This document shows, piece after piece, positions 41,281-55,867 of a DNA stretch of 64,000 nucleotides. Every line of letters starts with the position of its first letter. The stretch's first letter is position 1. Below the pieces are notes generated by a model that was given only the letters and a program-made list of their open reading frames with translations, had not been told where the DNA came from and made no database searches. Origin of the DNA: Camelus dromedarius (lineage: Eukaryota). The DNA lies in contig NC_087437.1 in the NCBI RefSeq assembly GCF_036321535.1, positions 72,046,001-72,110,000 of the forward strand. The letters are read 5' to 3'. Position numbers and translations under genes: made by a program.

Positions 41281-44200
41281 TCTTTGCATATTTGATATGC
41301 ATATATATTCATTATCTGTCTACTGAGCACAGTGACCCTTGTGATTACTGATACACATTTGTACAAGATCTACCATGAGCCAGGGAACAAATCTGTCTTC
41401 ATTAAATAGTTTTGGATATGTGATGGTAACTGCCTCAAAAAAAATCTGCCCAACACTATGGCTTTTATTAGTACTGTGTCCTAACAAACTGATACAGAAT
41501 TTGTGATTATCCTTAAAAAAAAATTAGTCCAGCAATATGGTTTTTCTTAGCACTATGTCCTAACCAACTGATAGAGGCTTTGTGATTATATTGCTCTGGA
41601 AATTAGGATCAAGTTTATTATTTACCATAATTTTTGCTTTCTAAATTTTGTCCATCCACTGAATTCATTATTGAATTCCTGTGTTTTGGACCCTGTTACT
41701 TTTCTTAAACATTTCTTACTTTTCTTTTTTATAAACCATCTCTGTGTTGAATTTTTATCACTATGTTGTATCTGAAGAGTATAATTGTAATTACTAGCTA
41801 AGTCACCATTTAACATATTACTTAATGTAAACTTTTGTTGGCCTGTTTATAAGTTTTGCCTATTTTTTGCAATTGGATTGTCTGTCTCTTTTTTTCATAT
41901 TGGTTTATATCTTTTCAGTATATCTGGGGGAGGAAGTTAGCCTTTTGTTTATCAGAATGTGAATATTTCACAGGTTTTTATTTGTTAACAGTTTATGGAT
42001 TTTTTTTTTTTTTTTGGCTAGTCTTTCTACAGCTAAATTTCCCAAATTTTCCTTTATGGTTTTGTATATTTGTATATTGTATCAGGGTTAGAAAGGTTTC
42101 TTCACTACAGGTGACAACTGTCCCAGTTTGCCTGGGGCTTTCCTGGTTTTAACCTTGAATGTCCTGTGTCCCAGGAACTCCCTCAGTTTCTGACAAACTG
42201 AGATGTTAGTTATCCCACCCATTTAAGAAAAAAAATTACAGAGGGCTTCTTTCAGTACTTTAGTTAATTAATGTTTAAATCTTTGATTCATTTCATTTTA
42301 TTTTTGTGTGAGAAGTGAGATAGGAATCCACTTTTATTTATTTATTTATTTCCAAATGGCTAGCTAGTTCTCCTAATACCATTTATCAGTGATATAAATA
42401 ATCATCCTTCCCTTTATGAATTTGAATGACCACTGTTATCAGATACTAAATTCCTATATGTGTAGATAAAGCAGCTGAGGTTCAGAGAATAATTGGTAGA
42501 AGATTACAGAGGCAATAAATGGAAGAGCCAAAATGTTAGTTGATTTCTTACTCTAACTTTGGTGTTTTTTTTCCATTTTTGTCTCTGCAAAAACTTTAGG
42601 TTCCACCCAATATTGTGTTTAATGAATATGTAATTAGGTGTTTGCTACTAAATTAATGTCTTTAAAAATATAAATTACTTTCAGAAATTAAAGTATAAGA
42701 ACATGAATTATATGTCATGATACCAAGATCAATTGTTGACATTATTATGTTTTAACAAAGTACTAATTGTGTTTCTTTGTACTTATTTCAGTGTTTCTTT
42801 TATAGTGATGTTATATAATATATATTGCAGAGTGTATGATATACACACATTTCAAAGAACAATTATATAGTGAATATCTATGTAAATTAAGATGTAGACT
42901 ATTGCCATTTCCTTCCCAATGATAGCCCATGAACTTTGAACTTTGTAAGGTAGCCATTACTTTGGGGGATAATCGTTCTCTTTAGGATATAATCATTCCT
43001 GCTTTTCTTTACATTTTACCACATAGAAATGTATCCCTAAAAATAAAATTTATTTTGCGTTTTTTGTATTGTGCATAAATGGAACATACTACATATATTA
43101 CTATGCATATTATTTTATAATTACTTTCATTTACTCAATATTACGTTTGAGATTTATCCACATTTAAATTTGCAGTTGTAGTTCATTAATATAAATAATT
43201 TTTATACTAAAATTTCAGGTGTTTGCAAAATATTTTTTCCCTGCAAAAACTCTGGTCCAGAAATAACAAACATGATTTAAAATAAGAAATCTCTCATTTT
43301 TCATTTCAGTTTCTTACCTTTTTTGGAAGTAAGGATCACAATAATTGAAATATTAAGCTATGAGACATTTGAAAGAGAAAGTTTTAATTTTAAAAAAACA
43401 TGTTGCATTTTATATTGCCAAAATGGCAAACATTTATTATTTTTTTTCTGTTCTCTTTCCATAGGAAAATACATTTGTCTCAGGAAAAAAAATCTTGAAA
43501 TCATCATGGAAGACTACATTAACAGCAAAAGCTGAAACTCTTTTTTAGCCCTAGTCTTCCTTCAGATCCTAGTATGTTCTCTTTAGTGTCTCCAGACACA
43601 TGTTCACATGTTCTCTGCACATAAAATACTTTTATTTGGAATGTTGTCTCTCTCACTCTCTTTCTTATTATTAGCTTCTTGTGCACTGGGTCTTGTGTTA
43701 ATTACCTATTGCTGCATAATAAATTACACTCAAATACTTATTTTGTCACAGTGACTCAAGAATGAGAGAGAGCACACCAGTACAGAAGTCAGTCTTTTTA
43801 TAACTTAATCTTGGCAGTGACATTTCATCACTTCTGCCATATTCTATTTGTTAGAAGTGCGTTAGTCCAGCCCAAACTTGAGACGAAGGGATTTTACATG
43901 GACAAGTAGGAGGAAGGGCGAACAGTAGGAACCGTCCTAGAGGCTCCCCACTACCTCAATACTAGGATAACTTAATCAGTGTACATTTTATATACTTTTC
44001 ATTTATTGCTATTACAACTTCACATAATTATTCGATTATCTGGTTAATGTGTATTGTACCCATGAGATGGAAAGCTCCACAATAAATAGGCATTTATAAT
44101 AGCTATTATAGTTGAATAAATAAATACTAATGCAGCTTTCGACTTCCCTCCACTAGTCTAAAAGCTCTAATATATGTAATAGGTGGTCACTCATTGAAAA

Positions 44201-45183
44201 CTACTAGTGGGAGACTAATTATCCTCTTAGAAGGCAGAAAAAATTCCATTTCCTTTACTTCCAAAGTTTATCATAAAATTACTCCATTAGTTTTCAGGCA
44301 GCTTTAGCAGAGAAAAAGATCACATGACTCTCTAATTCTAACCATTCCTGTTTGCTATTTAGAAAGTAACAAAATCTGGGGAAAAATCGGTGATGCTTTC
44401 AATTATTCCTACAGGGTGGTAGTAACTTTCAATTATATATCAGAAATAAAATTGTAAATTAGGCTCATTTCCCCCAAAGTTACAAAGTTCTGCATTAGAG
44501 GCAGAATTATAATTAGACTATTTGGATAACAATTCATCTTATCTTTAGGACCTCTAAAAAAGGAGAAAAATTAATGTTTGAATCCATTTATAACTCTAAA
44601 AACTGTCAGGAAATCCATTCATAACCATAAAACTGTTGGGAAATAATACTTTAATGTCTAGCTTGCATGCACAATTTGCAGTTTTATAAAACACAGTACA
44701 AACATAATAACTAAAATGTTAAGGTTGGTCTTTTACGCTTTCTGGAGCCAGAAAGTGATAGTAAACTTTTCTGTATTGTATTGACCTTACCATACTGGTG
44801 ATTAGAAAAAGTTATGTGCTCAGTGTAGCTAGTTAAAGTTGTTCTGGCAATGTAATTTGAATTTCCAGGTCTTTGTGTTATTAAGATCTCAGTCTCAGAG
44901 CTGCATTTATTTTAAATGAAACCTTGAATCTTTAGGAGAGATTATTGCTTTACTCTTACTGAGTTTAAGACCTTAGATTGTAATGTTCTTTGGATACCCT
45001 TCATGAGTAATTTCTAACTTTTTAAGTAAAAATGATACTCTGTTTTGTAGAGGGGAGAACTAGAGTATATAAATCTATTTAATTATTTAAAATGATTCAG
45101 GAAAGAAGAATGTAGAATAAGGTCATCTTATTAGAGAACAGCCAAATAATTTAGGCTATGGTTTTTCCCCAATTATAGGATTC

Positions 45184-45283
45184 TTTTTTTTTTTTTTTTT
45201 TTAATAAAGGTGCTGGGGAATTGAACCCAGGACTTCATGCATGCTAAGCATGTGCTCTACCACTGAGCTATACCCACCCCCCC
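45184..45283 (-). mobile_element. tRNA-derived SINE (camelid Vic-1-like)
   Basis: Minus strand reads ggggtgggtatagctcagtggtagagcacatgcttagcatgcatgaagtcctgggttcaattccccagcacc followed by poly-A; A and B boxes present. Confidence 0.85.
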
Positions 45284-45984
45284 AACTCCAAATTTTAAAA
45301 TTCTTTTAGTTGAAAATTCATTTTGTCAGACTCCTTACTGCCTTGTTCTATTCTCCCCAAACCCTGCAAATGAATAAAAGGGCAGAAAATCTTTAACTTT
45401 CTATTTCCCATCTCCGTACATTAGAAATAATAAATAAATCTAAGCAGTATATTAGCTATTTAATTACAGCATAATCCATGTTCTTCTTTGGTTAACAACA
45501 GTTACTGAATCGGGGTTTTCTTGAGAATGGTGAAACATCAGAAATACCTATCTGTAACGTTTTTAGTCAGTGGAGCCCAGCAGAGAACAGGGTTTTACAA
45601 TAGATGAAAGGTGTCTAACAGCACAAGAAAACCATGTGCTGTTTCTGAGAGCCTTTTTTCACTCACTGGAGGAAGCCTTTGGAGTATGGGTTTGCACAGT
45701 CATGCCTATATAGTGTCAACTGCGTGGGTGGTACATGCTTGCTCAGGCATATGACAATGACGATTTGGGAAAGGAAACTTAAAGCGAGTGTTCAAAGTGA
45801 GTAAGAAGTTTCATTAGTAGTCAGATCACAAAACAATCTTACTTCTACTGATGATTTTGACTTGGAAAAGTTTTTTTAAAAAAACATTTTCAGTGTCAAG
45901 GGCTTTTCATTTGTGTTTTGTGTTTATTTGTGTAGATGCGTGTTCTAAAGTTATGGGTGTTAAAACCTGATGTTTGCTTATCTT

Positions 45985-48900
45985 TAATTAAATCTGGGGA
46001 TAATTTATGTATAACTAATGGCATCCATTTAACAGATACAATCTGATGAGTTTTGACAATTGTATATACCTGTGGTCATCACCACAAAAAAGAAACAAAA
46101 CATTTTCACCATTCCTGAAGTACTCCTCCATGTGTTTGTAGTCCATCCTTGCCTTCATTCCCACCATCTGCAGGCAACCACGGATCTGCTGTTTGTCACC
46201 ATAGATGAGTTAGCATTTTATATTAGTAGTACTCATGTGTAGTATGTAATATATATTCTTTTGTGTCTATCTTATCTCACTCAAGGAAATGATTTTGAGA
46301 TTCATCAGTGCTGTGTGTTCCTTTTCATTGCTGAATAGTATTCCACTGTATTAATTTATCTATGTATCTGTTAATTGGCATTTGGGTTGCTTCTAGTTTT
46401 TGGTTATTGTACATAAAGTTGCTATGAACATTCATGCGCATATCTTTGTGGGGACATATGTTTTTATTTCTCTTGGTTAAATACCTAGGATTGGGAAAGG
46501 CCAGGTTATAAGCAGGCATATGTTTGAGTTTTGAAAAAAACTGCCAGAAATTTTCTAGTGTAGTTATATTCTTTTACATTCCCATTGGTAATGTATAAGA
46601 GTTCCAATTGCTTCACATTCTTGCCAGTATACATACTATCAATATTTTTCACTTTAGCCATGCTTATAGGTGTGTAATTATTATCTTACTGTAATTTAAA
46701 TCTGTATTTCCTCTATGATTAGTAATATTGAACATCTTTTTGTGTATTTATTGGGTACTTGAATATCTTTTTTTTTTGGTGAAGTATATGTCCAAGTCAT
46801 TTGCCTGTTTTTTTAAATAATGATTTTTAAAATTATTGAACTGTAGAAGTTCTTCACATATTCTATGTAGTAGTCTTATGTTATATAAGTGTTTTGTAAA
46901 TATTGTCATCTAGTCTGTGGTTTACATTTTTATTTTCTTAATGATATTTTTCAAAGAGAAAAAGTTAAAATTTTGATAATGTCCAGTTCATCAAATTTTG
47001 TTTCACGGTTTGTTCCTTTTGTATTCTAAGAAATCTTTGTATATGCCAAAGTCACAGAGATTGTCATCTCCTACGGTTTCTTCTAGAAGAATTATAGTCA
47101 TAGCTTTTTACATTTAAGTCAATAATCCAATTCAAGGTAATTTTTCTGTATGGTATTCAGTAATGGTTGACTTTTTTTCCTTCTGTTCTATATGGATATC
47201 CAGTTGTCCCATCATCAGTGGTTAAAACTGACTTTTCCCTTTAAATTGCTTTAACAGCTATGTTGATAGTCAGTAGACCGCAAATGTATGAGTCTATTTA
47301 TAGACTCTCTGTTCTGCTCTATTGAAGTTTGTGTCTATCCTTGAGCCAATGCCAGACTGCCTTGATTACTGTAGCTTCAGAGTAAAGCTTGAAATTAGGT
47401 AGTATGAGTCTTTCAATCTAACTCATTTGTTAAACATTGCTTTGGCTATTTTAGGTTTGCATGCTCACATAAATTTCAGAATTAGCTTTCCAATTTTCAT
47501 TGGAAAGACAACTAGATTTTAGTTAAGACTATATTGAATCTGGAGACCAATTTGAGGAGAGCTGATCTCTTAACAATACTGAGTCCATCCAAAAACAAGG
47601 AATTTATCTCCATCTAAATAAGTATTCTTTAATTTATGTCAGTAATGTTTTGTAGTTTTCAGTTTAGGCACAAAGCCTTGTGCATCTTCTGTTAAATTTA
47701 TCCCTAAGACTTTTTGTCCTTTTCATTATTATAAATAGAATTAATTTTTAAAATTTTATTTTCTAATTATGTGTTGCTAGTATATAAGAATATAGCTGTT
47801 TTAAAATACTATTACTATTTTTATACTATGACTTTGCTAAATTCAATTAATTATAGGAGTTGTTTTATAGATTTCTAACAATCATGTCATCTGCAAATAG
47901 AGACAGTTTTATGTTTTTGTTTCTGATCTATATGTCTTTTGTCCCCCATGCTTTATTGCAATGGTTAGAACCTGTAGTACAAAATTGAAAAGAAGTACTA
48001 AGAGCAAAAATTCTTGCTTTGTTCTTGATTTTAGAGGGGAAATATTTCATTATTAAGTATGATATTAGCTGTAGGATTTTCATAGATGCTATTTAACAAT
48101 TTCATCAAGTTTACTAGAGTTTTAAAAATCATGAATGAGTGTTGAGTTTCTCAAACTCTTTTTCTTTATATGCTAAAATGGTCGTATGTTTTTTTTCTCC
48201 TTTGTTCTGTTAATGTGGTCATTTCACTGATTTCTGAGTATTCAATCCACCTGCATTCTTGGAAGAAACCTTATATGATCATGTTGTATTAAAAGTACCA
48301 GATTTGATTTGCTAATATTTTGTAAACATTTTTTGTGTTCTATGTTTATAAGGGTTACTGGTCTGTTTGTTCTTATTTGTAATGTGTTTACCTAGTTTGG
48401 GTGTACAGTTAATTCTACTCTTATAAAATGAGTAGGCTCTCATTCCCTCTTTTCTGAAGGGTTTTGTGTGTAGAACTGATGCTACTGCTTTCTTAAATAT
48501 TTGCTTAAATTTGTCATTGTAGCAGATTTATTGGGAAGATTTTTATCAACAAATTCAATTTCTTTAATAAATAAAGGCTCTTCAGATTATCTGTGTAATC
48601 CCAAACTCACTTTGAAAGCTGTCTTTCAATGAATTTGTCCATTTCAATCTGAGTTATTGAATTTGATTGGCATAAAGTGGATAATATTTGCTTACTATTC
48701 TTTTCATGAATGTAGTATTTATGTTAATGCCTCCTGCAGAGATTAGAGATTTTTGTTCTCTTTTTTTTTCTTGATAAATCTAGCTATTGGATTATAAATG
48801 TTGAAGAACTCTTCAAAGAACAAACTTCTGATTTTGCTAATTTTTGTCTTGCTTGTTTTCTGTTTTGTTGATTTCTGCTCTTACTTTTATTATTTCCTTC

Positions 48901-49310
48901 TTTCTCTTTTCTTGTTAGCTTCTTTAGGTGTATTTTAGATATTTCTTTTTTTGTGATTAGTATTTAAAGCTGTTAATTTTTCTGTAAGCATTGCTTTAGC
49001 TGCAATCACAAATTTTGGTATGTTGTATTTTTAATATCATTCAGCTCAAAATCTTTTCTAATTTTTTATGGTTTTCTTCTTTGACCAAAAGCTTAATTAG
49101 AAAGATGTTACTTGAAGTTTTCTTAATATTTTATTGTTATTGGTTTCCAATTTAATTCAGTTTTAGTTGAATGACATTTTTTGTATGATTTCAGTTTTTA
49201 GAAGTTTTTTTGAGATTTACTTTATGACCCATAATCTGACTAAACTTGGTGAATATACTAGATAAGCACTTGCAAAATGTGTATTCTACAGATGTTGGGT
49301 AGAGTATTCA
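45985..49310 (-). mobile_element. Long degraded L1 (3' UTR plus ORF2 remnant)
   Basis: Continuous L1 antisense motifs (gctatgaacattcatg; ccttgattactgtagc; aatcatgtcatctgcaaatagagacagttt). Confidence 0.85.
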
Positions 49311-49937
49311 GTGTAGTTGATAGCTATACGGGCAATTATTTATTTCTACATAATAGATTACTGCAAAACTTAGCAGCAGCTAGGGAATATGTATTTTAAA
49401 AGATAAAATGCATCATGAGTTGACACTGATACTTTTGATTCAAATTTAGGACTCAGGGTTATTACTTGAATTTATTGGTATCTTTTCTCTCACACTGAAA
49501 AGTTGAATGACACCAACGTAATGACTCCTTTGATTTATTCCCAAAACACATATACAATAGTTTGAGAATAACAATACCAAATACTACCATCAATAATATG
49601 GTCATTGAAAATAGTTTAAGATTTTTTTAATAATTATTTTTGTCATTTAGTTATATTTCACTAGAGACATAAAGTCAAATTCCTGTGTTTTGAAAGTCAT
49701 TTAGCTTATTCTTAGAATAACTTCTCTGTGTGGGGTTATGCAACTACTTTACATGCAGTTAGATTTATTTGTTTCATTTGTTTTATAGTTTAGTGTTTAC
49801 AAATAATTTGATTATGTTTTACAATTATGTACAATAGTTACATGCTTCCAAAGTCAAGTCTATAAAATGAGGTATATTCAGAGGCATCTTATTTCTATTT
49901 CTGTCTCCATTTTATCCTTTTAGTTTTGAAATAAAGA

Positions 49938-49938
<1 letters not shown>

Positions 49939-49981
<43 letters not shown>
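49939..49981. repeat. (CA)n microsatellite, about 21 units
   Basis: Directly visible. Confidence 0.97.
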
Positions 49982-49983
<2 letters not shown>

Positions 49984-52312
49984 ACTCCTCTCATCATGTC
50001 TTAGATACATGGTATCATATTATGTAAAGATATCCCTTATTCTCTATTAGAGTTTCATTGTACTTCATTGTGTGGATGTACCATAGTTTAGACAACTAGT
50101 TCCCTGTAGGTAGCTATTTGGGTTATTTCTGAAAGTCTTGCTATTACAGTGCTGTAATGACTAGTCTTCTGTATATATATATTCTTTCATACTGTTGCAT
50201 GCGTATCTTTGGGATAGATTCTCAGAAGTGACATTGCTGGGTCAAAAGGAAAATGCATATGTAACTTTGCTACTTATTGTCAAATTTTCCATTATGTAAG
50301 TTGTAACATTTTGCATTCCCACCAGCAGTATATTGGCATGCCTATCTCTCCACAGCTTTGAAAACAGAGTATGTTGTCGAACTTTAAATTTTGATAATCT
50401 TACAGGTGAGAAATGGTATTTCTGCATAATTTGAATTTTCATTTCTTTTACCGTGTATGATGTTGAGCTTCTTTCTAAATGAATTAGAGACATTTGTACT
50501 TCTTTTTCTATAAACTAACTGCCCGTATCTTTAGTCCAGTTCGCTGTAGGTTTGTGTTGACCTTTATTTTATTTTTAACCCAGCTTGAGCAGCCACATGC
50601 CAGAGAGCTGTGCAAACCACTCTATTATGCACTAAGAACGCAGAATGAACAACATAAATGAAAATCCCTGCCCTCCAGGAGCTTACAATTTAGTGAGGGA
50701 GTGATGGGTTTGGTCCATGAATCTTGGTCTCAAATCTTCCTCCTTAGCTTAACTATTCTGTTAAGATCTGGAATTCATAATGCTGTGTCCATATGCCGTT
50801 ATAATCCTGATTCTATGGACCTGCCTTCTGATGTACTCTTTCAGACTTTTGTCTCTCAGTGTTTCTACAGAAACATGGCTTGGATTTGCTTTTCCAACTC
50901 TCTCAATTGACGTTAATTTGGGTAGGGTATTAATCTTAGTGTATTTTTAAGGATCCAACTCTTGGTTTCTACTCACTGCAGTTAGACCTACTTGCACAAG
51001 AATAACTGTGCAATTGGAGCAGCTTATAAGCTGGGTGGACTTGCCGAATTGATTCATTACTTTGAGTCTATATTTCTTTATCTGTAAAATGAGGATGATA
51101 ATACTTGTCAATATGGAGAAATTAAAATGAATAACATGTGCAAATTACCTAAAATTTGTTCCTAATGTAAGTGTTCAAAAATTATTTTAAAACAGTGTTT
51201 TATTAAAGAAAATCATAGCCAAGAGGGGTAGTATATTCAAAATTTCTCCAGAAAGACACTGTGCATTGAATTTTACCCTAAAATGTTTCTCTCTACTGGT
51301 CAGATATATCCACCATAGATGCGCTGGAAGTGTATCATTTCCTTTTGAACTCTTTTAGGAGTTTGGTGCCTTCCTCAGTTAGAGCCTGCCAATATCCAGT
51401 CTCAATTCTAATCACATATCCAGTTTTTCTCACATAATGGCAATACTGAATTATGTGTATTTCTTTGAAAATCCCATATGGCTTTATGCCTTCTTCTAAA
51501 CACCATTCTTTTTGTGTGCAATTTTCTTTTAACTTTTATTTTTCTAAAACTCTTCATCTTCTAAGATCCAGCTCAAATATCATCTATTGTAGGAAGTCTT
51601 TCCTAATCTCTTATCCCGGCTCTCTTAGAATTAAACATCTCTTCTTTTAAACTTCTGGACATTATGTATGCATCTATCATCACATTAAAAACTTTATGTT
51701 ATAATTATTTACACAGTTTCTCTCCTGGACCTTAGGCTCATAGAGAGAGGAAGATACTGTTTACTATGATGTTTCTATGCTAAGTGAGTACTTTGCCAGG
51801 AGTTGCTGCTCTAAAAATGCTTTTTAGAAATTCTCACTTAGAGCCTGCCTTAAAAAATTTGAACCCACTAGACAGTTGTCTATGTGATGTGATTTCAACA
51901 ATGTTCAGGAAACTCCATTTTTGTTCTTCACCAGCATCCAATCAACACATCAGCACTGAACTTCTACTTCCTTACTGGTGCCTGAAATGTCTATAACAGA
52001 TAGTAAAACACTTCTTCATAAGTGGAGATAGACTAAAGGCATATAAGCCTGGGAGAAGAAATTCTTTGACTTGAATATAAAGACAGGAGGGTGGTGAGGC
52101 CTAAAGTAGGGGTATGCCAAACAGGTGGGAAGATCAGATCAAAAGTTTATAGTGGAATGAATTTTTCTGAGACTTTTGCTTGCCAGTCAAAATTTATGCT
52201 TTTATTGGCAACTGCAACCCCAAAATGGCCCCCAAAAATGTGAAATAATATGATTTTGATTAGGAGTCAGAAATACTAATGTGTATTCCTCTCTTCCCGT
52301 ATGTCTTTTCAG

Positions 52313-52393
52313 AATGCATAAGTGCAAGAATGGAAGGTTCTGTTACATCAAACAACACAATGCAGCAGATGGTCAAGGAAAATTGCAGTTTGG
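52313..52393 (+). CDS. CD200R1: CD200R1 exon 2 (N-terminal stalk)
   Basis: tcttttcag|AA TGC.. (E)CISARMEGSVTSNNTMQQMVKENCSL+G|gtaatg; 81 nt, phase 1-1. Confidence 0.85.
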
Positions 52394-53002
52394 GTAATGC
52401 TCATCTTTTAATGATAATTCTAATATAAAAGTGCTTGATGACTGTATTGTTTTTATATTTTAGGATCTTGAATTGTCTTAAATGTATTTATAGACTGTAT
52501 TATCTAAAATTGCCTAAATGAAATATTGCTTATGTTTTAAAATGTTGGTGAATTTTTCATTCTGATATTATTTCTGTGCTTATTTAATACCTATTTCAAG
52601 AATGTGATCATAAAGTAAACCAATGGCATATCCAAATTTTTTAAATTCAAATTTTTAAACATGGATTTTTACTCTAGAGAACTTTAAAAAAAAGGTCTTA
52701 TCAGTTGTTAGTAGTTTATTCTGTATTCCCCACCCAGCCTTACTGTCTCCCAAATTTTTGTTTTCCATTATAGTTAACTTTGTCTTTATATTTTAAAATA
52801 TTATTTTTGTTATATATTTTACATTGAGCACTTAATGGAAAAATAATTCCAATGATTTCAAAATGCATTCTTGGACTCATTAAACATACTTTCTAATTAC
52901 ACTCAATAATTCACTATCTAGAAAAATTATATTCCATATAAACTACAGCCTAAAATAAATAAAATGACTATATAAATCTGAGGGGTAGGGACAATGCATG
53001 GG

Positions 53003-53405
53003 TGTAGTGGGTTGAATGGTGCCCCCCATCCCAAGATATGTTCATCTGCATACTATGAATGTGGCTGTATTTGGAAAAAGGGTCTTTGAATACGTAATCA
53101 AGCTAAGGCTTTCAGATGAGATCATCCTGGGTTAGAGTGGGCCCTAAATCTAATGACAAGTATTCTTAGAAAAGGAAAGGAGAAGACACAAGGGAAAAGG
53201 CCATGTGAAGATGGAGGCAGAGGTTGAAATGTGTATACCTCTACCAGCCAAGGAACACCAACGATTGCTGGCAGCCACCAAAGCCTGGAAGAAAAGAGGA
53301 AGGGGCTTTCTTTCCGAGGGGCTTTGGAAGGAATATAGCCCAGCTAACACTTTGATTTCAAACTTCTGGCTTCCAGAAATATAAGAAAATAAATGTATGT
53401 TGTTT
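53003..53405 (+). mobile_element. MLT1 (MaLR) LTR
   Basis: tgtagtgggttgaatggtgccccc..tatttggaaaaagggtctttg..ccaaggaacaccaacgattgctggcagccacc..aaataaatgtatgttgttt. Confidence 0.85.
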
Positions 53406-53407
53406 TC

Positions 53408-53840
53408 AACTGACAAGGAACTAATTTTCAAAATATACAAACAGCTCATACAGCTTAATATCAAAAAACAAACAATCCAATAAAAAAAATGGGCAGAAGA
53501 CCTAAACAGACATTTCTCCAAAGAAGACACACAGAAGTCAACAGGCACATGAAAAGATGCTCAACATCACAAATTATTAGAGAAATGCAGATAAAAACTA
53601 CAGAGAGGTATCACCTCACACCAGTCAGAATGGCCATCATTAAAAAACCTACAAATAATAAGTGCTGGAGAAGGTGTGGAGAAAAGGGAACCCTCCTAAC
53701 ACTGTTGGTGGAAATGTATATTGGTGCAGTCACTATGGAAAACAGTATGGAGGTTCCTCAAAAAACTAAAAATAGATATACTATATGATCCAGTAATCCT
53801 ACTCCTGTGGACGTATCCAGACAAAAGTATAATTCAAAAA
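53408..53840 (+). mobile_element. L1 ORF2 3' fragment
   Basis: Peptide [36 protein letters not shown] is the L1 ORF2 C-terminus. Confidence 0.92.
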
Positions 53841-54044
53841 GAAGGAAAGAGTTGCAACATGTTAAAAATAGGAATAAAATTTTATTTAATTTGAGGAAGA
53901 ACTTGGGGTTGTCACTGGAGATTCAGTTTGTTTTTAAAAGGGAAAGTAAGCAGAAGGAAATAGAATACTTAGTAGATGTTTATTGTTTTTATTTATAATT
54001 GTGGTAAATGCAAGAAATTATAATAAACAAAATACCATAAAATC

Positions 54045-54250
54045 AAGAGTTAGCAAACTGTGGCCTGTGGGCAAAATCCAGCCAGCTGCGTATTTCTGTA
54101 AATAAAATTTTATTGGACAAAGCCAGGCACATTAGTTTATGTGTTATATATTGCTGCTTCCTTCCTGCTACAGCTGGAGTTGAATGCTTTCAACAGAGAC
54201 TATATGGACCACAAAGCCTCAAATGTTCACTCTTTGGTCCTTTGGCGAAG
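54045..54250 (+). mobile_element. MER58-like hAT-Charlie element
   Basis: gttagcaaactgtggcctgtgggcaaaatccagcc..gtaaataaaattttattgga..acagagactatatggaccacaaagcc. Confidence 0.8.
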
Positions 54251-54869
54251 CTGTATTGTATGCTATGATAGAGCTATGTCTAGAACATCTAAGACATAGC
54301 CTGATCTCAGTAATTCCTCTAAGATTAATTCTGACTTCTCTGTTTCTGGAATAGATCCTTGAGCCCATTATGAGTTAAATTTAATAGAATCTCATTGTTT
54401 GCTTTCCTTCCTGCCCAAAGCTGCCTAGAAAAGCTAAAATATTTCAGAGGCCTATTTACTGATCATTTCTAAGACCTTTATTGAGTCTTTTTGTTTATTT
54501 TATAATATGGTAGAATTGGAATTAGAATTGATGGAAAATTAGAATGGGGAGCAAGAAGTATATTTTTTACAAGCAAAGAGCTCACAAATGCTTATTGAAT
54601 GATGGTCTTATAAACCCAGAGGAAGAACTTTTTTAGGCCCTTAAATCAAGAAGCATTTAAAAATTTTTTAATGTTTAAAAAATAACACTACAAACAGAAG
54701 TTTTTAAGAAACCAAATTTAAGTAGATTAGGACTATTTTGACTATCAGAATCTCCACTGAACTCAAGGAAAGGAATGCACGTAGGTCTCAGGAACTATGG
54801 AATTGGGAACTTGAGCTAGGTGAGGTCTGTCCTCTCTCTCTCTGCTTCTGCTTCATTCTTCCCAAGGTT

Positions 54870-55279
54870 CCTATTAGTCAGGGTTCCTCAGAGGAAGAGA
54901 ACAGGATGTATGTGTTGAACATACATCCTGTAGAGAGAAATATAGAGACAGAGAGAGACAGGAAGAGAAACTGATTTACTTTAAGGAAGTGGCTCATGTG
55001 ACTGTGGAGGCTTGGCAAGTCCAAAATCTGCAGGGTAGGCCAGCAGGCTGGAGATCCAGGGAAGAGTTGCAGTTTAAGTCTGAAGGAAGACTGCTGGCAG
55101 AATTCCCTTTCCTGAGAGGTCAGTCTTTCTCTATTAAAGCCTAAAATTGATTGGATGGGGCCCACCCACATTATGGGGGGTAATTTGCTCTACTCATAGA
55201 CTACTGATTAAAAATACCTTCACAGATCTAGAATAATGTTTGATCAACTATTTGGGTATGATGGATTAGCCAAGTTGAC
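54870..55279 (-). mobile_element. MLT2 (ERVL) LTR
   Basis: tattagtcagggttc.. and ..caagttgacacataaaattaaccatcaca termini. Confidence 0.85.
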
Positions 55280-55807
55280 ACATAAAATTAACCATCACAG
55301 TAAGGTAAAATAGGGAAGAAAAGGAACAAACTATTCTTCTCAGTTCTGGTTTCAAAATTCTTGAGAAAGTACTCTGATTTGTCCAGCTGGGTGAGATGCC
55401 CACCACTGGTCCAAACAATTTTAATCAGGAGGTGGCATTTGGAGAGAAAGACTGTAATCAGCCCAGCTCATGTGAGGTGCCCATGATGGACCAACCCATT
55501 ATGGCTAGGAAAAGGGTGGAGGCAGGCTTACCTTGTACAAAATAGTTTTAAGTATAAAAAGAGGTGTCTCAGAAATGGGGAATCATTGATTAATAGCCTA
55601 TAAATGTAACTTTCAAATGTTAACATGCTTTTCCATATGATGGTGGAACAACTTCTAATTTGTTTTACAAGGATTTTTGCGTAATTTTAATTATGGTTAA
55701 CTGATTTTCTGTTATGTTGTATACAAGTTTTGTGGAGAAATAATGGTTTTCACTACATTTAAATACCTAAAATTGTTTTCATCTACTTTTCTCTAAATAT
55801 TTCCTAG

Positions 55808-55867
55808 CTTCAATAATTACTTCATCTACAGCAAGAAAGCAGAGCACTGTAACACCTCCTTCAGAAG
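55808..55867 (+). CDS. CD200R1: CD200R1 exon 3 (Ser/Thr-rich stalk)
   Basis: tttcctag|CT TCA.. (A)SIITSSTARKQSTVTPPSE+G|gtaatg; 60 nt, phase 1-1. Confidence 0.85.

Noticed and set aside
45205..45283. tRNA-like sequence with A and B boxes (also 61720-61790)
   Set aside because: A poly-A tail, a TSD on the second copy and two diverged copies indicate SINEs, not tRNA genes.
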